Shown here: positions 56,812-64,000 of the stretch, one piece after another
How positions within the stretch are numbered: position 1 is the stretch's first letter
Layout: every line of letters starts with the position of its first letter
Origin: a virus
Virus record (IMG/VR): IMGVR_UViG_3300042448_002155
Span: 1-64,000 of that record
DNA length: 64,000 nt
Direction: 5' to 3' (one strand)
Position numbers and translations under genes: made by a program
Notes under the pieces: model-generated
What the model saw: only the letters and a program-made list of their open reading frames with translations
Database searches by the model: none
Told to the model about the DNA's origin: nothing

Positions 56812-59800
56812 TATCTAACACCGGCATTAATATCAATTTGCTCCGATCCAAAAGGATTCATAACTGGGATAACAGACCCTGATACTCCCATGCCACTCAT
56901 GAGTGATCTCAATCTTGATGCGGTGTCCGTTTGAGATCCAGATCCACCACCAAATCTAGGATAGCTAGGATTAGATAAACTAGCTTCCTGTAGCTGTTGA
57001 GGATAGTAACCCATCTGCGACATTTCTAGACCCATGCTTTGACCAATTTTTATTTTAACTTGATCCATACTAGTGTTTGGGTGCCAACCCTCCCAGCTTT
57101 CATCTGGTAGTTCGTGTCTAGCAAAGTAGTCAGTTAACTCTGGCCTCTTCTCTACATCCATACCCCAGGCTGCTTCATATATTCTTCTTTCAAGCCTTCC
57201 TGCTGTATCTAATATTCTTTTTCTTTCCTCTACGGGAGCATTAATCATGGCTTTAAAATGTTCTCTTTTTCTTTTGGGTATAGATAGAGAAAGCGATTCT
57301 ACATCAGTTCCATATTTTCCTGAATTTATATCTTCTATTGGAGCGCCGTACATTGTTCTCTTAGCCGCCGATTCATACTGGAAAGCTGCTCCCTTATCTC
57401 CAGCCATGTTAGCCATCTTAGCTAATCTAGTATTTTTAGTATAATTTAAAATGTCTGCATATTCTTCTAACGCAAGTTCTTTCTTTCTCGTTCTTGGTAT
57501 AAACTTTTCTCCAGTAATGGCCTCATTGGCCGAATGCAATGATGAGACGGTAAGCCCTGTTATTGCTCCTAATGTGGACATCACCAATTTACCCTTAGAG
57601 GTTTCTCCGAAAAATGAACCAGCTACTGCTAATGCAGCTGTTGCAGATATAGGATCTCTATTGCCAGCCTTATTTATCATTGGGGCTATGAAACTTTCAA
57701 AAGGTCTTTGCCATTCTGGGAAGGTTGCCCCGTATACGTTATTTCTTTCCCAATCCTCAGTTGCAGTTTGTTTGTTTACAAACTTCTTATTAATAAAAGT
57801 GTCTTTATGGGCCAGCATTTCGCCCATTCTGCCAAGAGCATGTACATTTGGATTAACGCCCATTTGCTCTGGAGTACTATTCTTGTATTTATATTCAGTA
57901 AATTCTTTTTTCTGTTGTAATGACGCTGATCGTTCTCTGAGTTCTTGAACTTTTAATTTATCTGCGGGGCCGTTCACCATCGAGTCTATGGTTTTATCTA
58001 GCGATCTGAATTGCTTTGAATACGGGGCAACATCGCCAAGTATCTTATATTGATCCATAACCCCATAGCGACCAGAGGCATCGGAGCTGAGTCTATTTAG
58101 TCTTTCATAGGCTACTCCTGGTAGTCTAAGTTCTCCTTCTGGGACTTTTGCAAACGGGTCACCCGTGGTAAAGTCAGTAAAGTATTCTGACCCAGGAAGA
58201 AATGGATACTGTCTTCCCATTGTATTCTTAATTGGGTTTATATAATCAACGCCAGATCTTTCTTTGGGTATAAATCTTCTTGTTATTTCGGAAAACTCGA
58301 TAGAACCTATTTGGCCTCCGCCTAACATAGGCACGTCCCCCAGGCCTCCTAGGTTCAGATCCCAAAATTGTCTTCCAGTTCCATACGCTTTAGAGGCTGA
58401 TTGTAATACTGATCTTTGAGGTGCAAAATCTCTTTGGCCTAATCCAAAACTTTCTCGCACACTGCTTGCTGCGAAACCATAAATTCCTAACATTTCTTGA
58501 GCCCTATATCCAAATTCTTGTGCTTGGATTTGTGGGTTACCAACACTCAATGGACTGCCAGCAGGTACGATTCGTTGGGGCATAATTCCAGATACTTTAG
58601 GTGGGCCATAAGCCATCTGCATGTATTGATTATTTATACCTGATATTGTATTTCTAGTTTCATTTCTTGCGGTGTTAAGGGATCCAGCCCTTCCTGCTAA
58701 CATTGCGTTAGAAGACGCCTGTGCGCCGTTTGGAGGGCCTCCAAAGCCTCCCATGGTCATTCCACCAGCAACTCCGCCCATACCGCCAAAAACGCCACCT
58801 CTGCCGTTAATGTATGGGTCTGCATTATATGCTCCAGACTGACCAGCCGGTGCATAGTTAGCTAGGCCTGCTGCCACTTCCTGTTGGTGCATCATCGTTT
58901 GAGGTTTCAGTATTTTACCGACAGTAGCATTTAAGGCTGGAACAAGAGGTCCGAATGGTCCACTGAAATATTCGCCAGATACAGGATATGGCCTATCTTC
59001 AAAATGCTTTCGCTCATAGCGATATGGATCAAATGGCCTAAGCGGAGAAATATCAGTATGGAACAATGCTCTTTCTATTGGGCTCCCCATATTATCTGAG
59101 GTAAACATTGCTCCAGCTTCTAATTTTCTGTATATACTTGGGCGGTAGTACATAATTTTTCCACCCATAAATGGAGTATTGCCTAACGGCCAAAACCGGC
59201 CTTGCCTAATAGCAACTTCGCCCTCAAATAATTGTTCTTTCTTTTCTTGAAAATTCATTCCACCGGGAGTAATGCCAGAACCAAGAGCTTGCAGATTTCC
59301 TACTGCTTTAGCAGCTCCGCCGATAAAGAATGGCGAGTAAACCCTTTCTCCCCTATCGTCCTTTTCATTGACCATGCCACCGATAGTTCTATCGACGGTC
59401 ATTACTCCTAAGCCAGCGCCATAAAGTGGTAGAACTCTTTTGCCCACCATTCCACTTGTAAATAGACCTATGGGAGAACCATATTGTGAGACATTAAGCT
59501 GTAAGCCAATAGTTCCAAAATATTTATTTAATCTTTCAATGCTATGCGACATTGCCGTAGATGCGCTGGAGTAGCTTTCTACGCTACTGTAGGTATTAAT
59601 TCCTAGTGCGCTTTTAACAGCGCCATATGGATTTTTGGCAAAGACGGTTCCAAAGGTTGGAACTAGAAGAGTGTCAGTTGCTGGACCCATAGCTGACCCA
59701 AGAGCATCACTAGATGATTCCGATATTCGGTAGGGGGCTGTGCTAAGTCTTGGATAAAGTGCTTTTTTGATTAATCCAGACTTTCCTACTTCTCCTATTC

Positions 59801-62800
59801 TTTGTGAGGTTCCAGTGACAAAAGGATCCAGTAAACCTTCAGCGCCCTTAAGAGTCTCTGCAGTGTTTCTTAACGCTCCTCTCTGTACTGCCAATTCGCT
59901 CAGTCCAGCTTTATTTGCTCTCATGGAACTTATATTGAATAGCGTAGCGAGTCCGGCGGCTTGTGCTTCTGCTAGCTGGCCAGGTGGCAGTTCTTTAGCC
60001 ATTGCGGTAAGAACATTGTTTAGCTCAATGAAAGTATTGGAGAAATTTTTTCCAGCTGCCCCAGCTGAGCTCGATGCTAGTAGCTCATTTCTTTGAATTA
60101 AATATTTATATAACTCGTCCTTGAGTGCATCTTCTCTTGTTAAGATTGTCGGGCTTGTAGATCTAATATGAGATCCTGAAAGTAGGTCATCTTTTTGTAG
60201 CAGATTTTGGATCCTGCTACCCGCCTGCTCCAGCGTCTGAGTTTCGTATCCCATTTGTCTTATTCTTGAAGCGTCGTGAAACCTTGCCTGAAGAACGTCG
60301 TTAGCAAATTGCTGAGTATCTTGAACATTATTAAGAGAAGAAACTCTTCTACCATTAAATAATCCTATGCCAGAATCCTCAAGGCGCGTCATTACTCTTC
60401 TTGGGAATGGATTTTTGAAGGATTGATTTCTGAAGTTTTCAAATGCACGCAACATTTGGCCTTCAGTAATCATTTCCTGTCCAGTGCCGGGAGATATACC
60501 TGTAACTGCGCCAGTATCATCTGCGAAGTTTAATTTGAACTGCTTACCCTTGGCTTCGACTGTTTCATTCTTAAGAAGACGCGCAAAAAAGGCTGGGTTT
60601 TCTGGATCAGTTTTTCTTTTTGCAAATCTTGACAACATGCGCCCAATTGAATTGGGTTGCTCATAATCAACGTCAAACTTCTGCCTGAGGGCCAGTTCTC
60701 TTTCTGGACTAACTCCAAGCCTCTTTAATAGATTTGATCTATTTTTACCATCAGCAAATTCTAATTCATTAAGCGATTTAGCCTTACCCTCTGAGGCTGC
60801 GTTTCTAGCAGACCTTGAGAGCATTTCGTTACTTCTTCTTGAGAGTGGCCTATAAAAACCTTGTAGTTCTTTTGCTTCGAATTCACCCGTAAGCGATCCC
60901 TGCTTAAAAGCCATTACATTGCTTTTACTTTTACCTCCACCATATGATAGATAAAAATCTGCGCCTTGTTCTCCCTTGGGAAGGAATGGTTGAGATATCT
61001 TGCCCTGTTGTATTTGAAAAAATGTACTTCCTGACATTTCATCAAATGAACCCTTTCCAAGCATTCGTGCTGGGTTGAAGTTGACTATGGGAATTTTTAA
61101 ATCATTAGCTAAAAAGTTACCAATGTTTGATACAGATTGTTTTAGTCCAGAAAAATCTAATACATTTCCAGATCGAGTAGTGTACATACCTTTCATTACG
61201 GAAACGCTAGATGATGTAGTGGTCGGGTCTGCTAACGCCATCCTCTTAGAGATTTCACCAAGTGCGACTCGTTCGTCTGCCCCAAGCCCCGCAAACAGAC
61301 CTTTGCTAACTCCTTCATCTAGGGTCATAGCTTTTAGTCCGAATACATTAAAGCCACCACTAAATATACCCGTACCTATTTGTTTTTCTCTAACTAAGAA
61401 ACTTCTTAGGCTGTCTAAATTGTCGGTATCTAAACCTCTTTTTCCTAACCTTTCAGCCAGTACTGCATTAGATACTTCTCTGCCGTTTGCATCTTTTAGA
61501 TTAATGCCTAATCTCTGTGCTGATCTTTTAATTAAAAAATCTTTTTTAGAAACTGATAAATTATTTAAATCTGCAAAGTCTTCAAAGTTTGCTTTTTTAG
61601 TTTTTAGAACTTTTGACGCTGCTCGAGGAATTCCATTCTCTAGTACAGAGTTCCATCCCTTTTCTGCCTTTGACATTATCGCGGCTTGAAATTCTTTTCC
61701 TTCAAATATTCTATTAGTATTTTCTATAGATGTTTTCAGGGCGTCCGTACTAAGAAAGCCTCCCTCAATCGGATCATCTACTGTTGTTGAAAATCTTTTT
61801 AATATTTCATCAAAAGCGTCGTCGCCCTCTTTTATGATTTTAGTTTTGCCAATAGTTATTTTTCTGCTAGTTTCCGTAGCTGAACTACTAACACTTATAT
61901 CATCTATGAATTTTCCTAACGTTTCAGAAAATCCCTGTCGGCTAGAGTTAGGTGTTAAATCTAATATTTGCTTTTGAAGTAGCTTCTTATATTCTACCTG
62001 CTCTATTGATCTATGGAATTCTGAACCACTAAACGACTTACTTCCAACTCCTCCGCCTCCAGTATTAGCTATCTTATTAGCTAGCCTAGATGTACCGCTA
62101 GAAAAGTTTGCTTGCACAGACTTAACTATGCCGACTAGGTCATCGGATGTCATTCCATCTTTACGTAGTGCCCCGCCCTTACGTAGTGCTGCATCAAAGC
62201 TTAACGCTTTATTTACTACGTCATATCCAATTCCAGTTTCTTTGAATTTGTTTACACCCTGATTGACTGCTCCGCCGACTCCCCTTAGTCCGGGTATTAG
62301 ATCTACATAACCAAAATTACCATCTGCCCCATCACCAAACGCTAACCTTCGACCAAATATAGCAGCCCTCTTTAAGGTATTATCATCTGCAGAGTTCGCT
62401 AAAGCCTGTCTAGCGTTGGTATTTCTTACGCTATGCAGGACTTCAGTTATGTTTGGACGGTTTTCGTAATACTTAGTCGTTGCTGCTCTAATGCCCGCTG
62501 AGGTTTGAGAGGAAACTTTTAAAGCCTGGTTTGTTATTTTACCTAAGTCATGACCTACTTCTCCAAGAATATCATCTAAGTCAGTGAATCGCTGAGCTGC
62601 TTTTGTCTTAAAGGAACTAACCCCAGACGACCTTGCAACGTCTCCCATTGATTGCCTGAAGTTATGAAGAGATGATCTTGCATTGCCTGCTGCTGCCCCA
62701 GCTAACTCAAATGGCAGGATCATAGTAGCTAAAGCTATTGATGATTCTTTAATAAAATCTGTAACAACATCTACTGGATTGTACCAATTAACCTTAGGCT

Positions 62801-63434
62801 TATCTTCTCTTCCTCCAAAAATTGGATCCACTAAGGCTTTTTGTCCAACATACAATGCTGGCAGTTCGTATGGCATTCGTCTTGCGGACGCAACCATTCT
62901 GGTCTGAATGGAGTCTCTACGCGCCCAGATTGCTGCTGGCTCATTTTCAATGCCTTTGCCCGCCTGATTGAGTTCTGCGGTAGTGAAATAATCACCCTTA
63001 TCAGTCAACTTTGTTTGACCTGCGGTTAACCTGCCATTGCTTTCAAAAACTAGATTACTATATGGGTCTAGCTGATCTGGATCCGCTCCGTCTATGGCTC
63101 TATTGACGCCACCTAGTTGGTCCATCTCTTTTCTGAGGCCAGTAAGACTTTTTACTGTCCTTGAAGAGAAACCTTCTGGATTAATGGAAGCCTGATCCTG
63201 AAGGGTTTTAGCTAGCTTCAGTCCACCTTCTCTAGTGATCTTACTAAGGACAAACATGGCGCCTAAAGTGGCTGCGCTCGTTGCAAAGAACCTTAGTACT
63301 GGATGGCCATTTAAGGCCTTGCTTACAAAGCCAGAGTTAGGAGCGTCACCTCGCTCCTCATCATTCATTGTCGGTAGGTCTCTAGACGTTACATTATAAC
63401 CTAAGTTTTGTATGGGTCCTGGATCTCTTACCAC
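56811..63434 (-). CDS. Tape-measure-like / ejected internal protein
   Basis: 2207 aa, A/G/L/K-rich and helical with several hydrophobic segments. It lies directly after the tail chaperone and before the hub genes. Confidence 0.7.
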   Translation of the reverse strand: MVRDPGPIQNLGYNVTSRDLPTMNDEERGDAPNSGFVSKALNGHPVLRFFATSAATLGAMFVLSKITREGGLKLAKTLQDQASINPEGFSSRTVKSLTGLRKEMDQLGGVNRAIDGADPDQLDPYSNLVFESNGRLTAGQTKLTDKGDYFTTAELNQAGKGIENEPAAIWARRDSIQTRMVASARRMPYELPALYVGQKALVDPIFGGREDKPKVNWYNPVDVVTDFIKESSIALATMILPFELAGAAAGNARSSLHNFRQSMGDVARSSGVSSFKTKAAQRFTDLDDILGEVGHDLGKITNQALKVSSQTSAGIRAATTKYYENRPNITEVLHSVRNTNARQALANSADDNTLKRAAIFGRRLAFGDGADGNFGYVDLIPGLRGVGGAVNQGVNKFKETGIGYDVVNKALSFDAALRKGGALRKDGMTSDDLVGIVKSVQANFSSGTSRLANKIANTGGGGVGSKSFSGSEFHRSIEQVEYKKLLQKQILDLTPNSSRQGFSETLGKFIDDISVSSSATETSRKITIGKTKIIKEGDDAFDEILKRFSTTVDDPIEGGFLSTDALKTSIENTNRIFEGKEFQAAIMSKAEKGWNSVLENGIPRAASKVLKTKKANFEDFADLNNLSVSKKDFLIKRSAQRLGINLKDANGREVSNAVLAERLGKRGLDTDNLDSLRSFLVREKQIGTGIFSGGFNVFGLKAMTLDEGVSKGLFAGLGADERVALGEISKRMALADPTTTSSSVSVMKGMYTTRSGNVLDFSGLKQSVSNIGNFLANDLKIPIVNFNPARMLGKGSFDEMSGSTFFQIQQGKISQPFLPKGEQGADFYLSYGGGKSKSNVMAFKQGSLTGEFEAKELQGFYRPLSRRSNEMLSRSARNAASEGKAKSLNELEFADGKNRSNLLKRLGVSPERELALRQKFDVDYEQPNSIGRMLSRFAKRKTDPENPAFFARLLKNETVEAKGKQFKLNFADDTGAVTGISPGTGQEMITEGQMLRAFENFRNQSFKNPFPRRVMTRLEDSGIGLFNGRRVSSLNNVQDTQQFANDVLQARFHDASRIRQMGYETQTLEQAGSRIQNLLQKDDLLSGSHIRSTSPTILTREDALKDELYKYLIQRNELLASSSAGAAGKNFSNTFIELNNVLTAMAKELPPGQLAEAQAAGLATLFNISSMRANKAGLSELAVQRGALRNTAETLKGAEGLLDPFVTGTSQRIGEVGKSGLIKKALYPRLSTAPYRISESSSDALGSAMGPATDTLLVPTFGTVFAKNPYGAVKSALGINTYSSVESYSSASTAMSHSIERLNKYFGTIGLQLNVSQYGSPIGLFTSGMVGKRVLPLYGAGLGVMTVDRTIGGMVNEKDDRGERVYSPFFIGGAAKAVGNLQALGSGITPGGMNFQEKKEQLFEGEVAIRQGRFWPLGNTPFMGGKIMYYRPSIYRKLEAGAMFTSDNMGSPIERALFHTDISPLRPFDPYRYERKHFEDRPYPVSGEYFSGPFGPLVPALNATVGKILKPQTMMHQQEVAAGLANYAPAGQSGAYNADPYINGRGGVFGGMGGVAGGMTMGGFGGPPNGAQASSNAMLAGRAGSLNTARNETRNTISGINNQYMQMAYGPPKVSGIMPQRIVPAGSPLSVGNPQIQAQEFGYRAQEMLGIYGFAASSVRESFGLGQRDFAPQRSVLQSASKAYGTGRQFWDLNLGGLGDVPMLGGGQIGSIEFSEITRRFIPKERSGVDYINPIKNTMGRQYPFLPGSEYFTDFTTGDPFAKVPEGELRLPGVAYERLNRLSSDASGRYGVMDQYKILGDVAPYSKQFRSLDKTIDSMVNGPADKLKVQELRERSASLQQKKEFTEYKYKNSTPEQMGVNPNVHALGRMGEMLAHKDTFINKKFVNKQTATEDWERNNVYGATFPEWQRPFESFIAPMINKAGNRDPISATAALAVAGSFFGETSKGKLVMSTLGAITGLTVSSLHSANEAITGEKFIPRTRKKELALEEYADILNYTKNTRLAKMANMAGDKGAAFQYESAAKRTMYGAPIEDINSGKYGTDVESLSLSIPKRKREHFKAMINAPVEERKRILDTAGRLERRIYEAAWGMDVEKRPELTDYFARHELPDESWEGWHPNTSMDQVKIKIGQSMGLEMSQMGYYPQQLQEASLSNPSYPRFGGGSGSQTDTASRLRSLMSGMGVSGSVIPVMNPFGSEQIDINAGVR

Positions 63435-63448
63435 GTTTTTTCCTTAGT

Positions 63449-64000
63449 TCAGCCTGAACCCCACAGCTTTTGAGCAATGGGGTCTTGATAAGCTGCTTCT
63501 CCTTCTTTCTTAGAAAGATTATGACGAGCAGCTGAAACTTTTTGTTTTTGCACTTCTTCTTCAGGATCAATTAATTGAAGCGTTAAATTGGTTGCTTCCA
63601 TGCCGTTCATGTTTTGCTTTATTTCAATTATTTTTTCTGAAAGAGCTACATTTTCAGCTAATTCAGAGAATGTCATATTCTCTAAATCATCTGGAGTATA
63701 TGTAGATATAGTAGCGAGAACAAAGGCTTTCATTAAATTCTTAACTTCTGTAGCTTGATATCTTTTTTCTTCAAGAACGCTTTTAGCTAAGGATACGGTA
63801 AAGAAACCTGATATATCTAATATCTCTTGAGACAATGAAGAAACTGCCCCAGGAGGTATTGACATTAGGTCAAAATCTTCTGGATGGATAATAGCGTATG
63901 ACAAGATTAAGTCTTCCATATCTGCGGAAGAAAAACCATCCAAACCTTGTAGGTATAATATTTTATTATATTCTTTAAAGGTTAGTTCTCTAAAAACTAA
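63449..64000 (-). CDS. Tail assembly chaperone-like protein (5' end outside the window)
   Basis: The frame is open from 64000 (LVFRELTFKEY...). Contains IPPGAVSSLSQEILDISGF and YTPDDLENMTFSEL, and precedes the tape measure. Confidence 0.6.
   Translation of the reverse strand, partial: LVFRELTFKEYNKILYLQGLDGFSSADMEDLILSYAIIHPEDFDLMSIPPGAVSSLSQEILDISGFFTVSLAKSVLEEKRYQATEVKNLMKAFVLATISTYTPDDLENMTFSELAENVALSEKIIEIKQNMNGMEATNLTLQLIDPEEEVQKQKVSAARHNLSKKEGEAAYQDPIAQKLWGSG

Noticed and set aside
132-63029. All plus-strand ORFs and short nested minus-strand ORFs in the track (e.g. 61075-61689, 57451-57948, 35647-36090, 20324-20530)
   Set aside because: They lie within long, well-supported minus-strand genes and have no motifs; they are antisense or alternate-frame shadows.
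1-64000. Stop-codon reassignment (alternative genetic code)
   Set aside because: The standard code gives near-complete coding density with ORFs up to 3754 aa, and TAA, TAG and TGA all end genes.
63449-64000. Programmed frameshift in the tail chaperone
   Set aside because: The gene start is outside the window and no overlapping second frame or clear slippery site can be supported.

Overview
This window is 64 kb of a large, AT-rich (roughly 35-38% GC by eye) contractile-tailed bacteriophage genome. Every credible gene is on the minus strand, tightly packed and often translationally coupled. In transcription order (64000 to 1) it holds: a tail assembly chaperone; a 2207-aa tape-measure-like protein; a 1617-aa protein with the ordered motif set of single-subunit two-barrel (YonO/QDE-1-like) RNA polymerases; a 3754-aa tube-initiator/baseplate-hub fusion ending in a staphylococcal-nuclease domain; a peptidase + transglycosylase tail lysin; spike, gp25 and gpJ baseplate genes; a block of large baseplate/appendage proteins; and a holin. 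A promoter/hairpin junction then leads into a nucleotide-metabolism and replication operon: NrdJ, ThyX, dCMP deaminase, three glycosyltransferase-like genes, thermonuclease, pyrimidine-dimer glycosylase-like protein, deoxyribosyltransferase-like protein, DnaB-like helicase, degenerate Cas4-like protein, HD hydrolase, fused PriS-PriL primase and the 5' part of DnaE. Several small genes suggest an actinobacterial host despite the low GC. The most notable items are the candidate virion RNA polymerase with a DxDD loop and permuted RxP strand, the hub-borne nuclease, and an 18-fold dispersed [A/S]-T-P motif in one baseplate protein that could be a target of the phage glycosyltransferases. All calls come from manual motif recognition; no searches were run.
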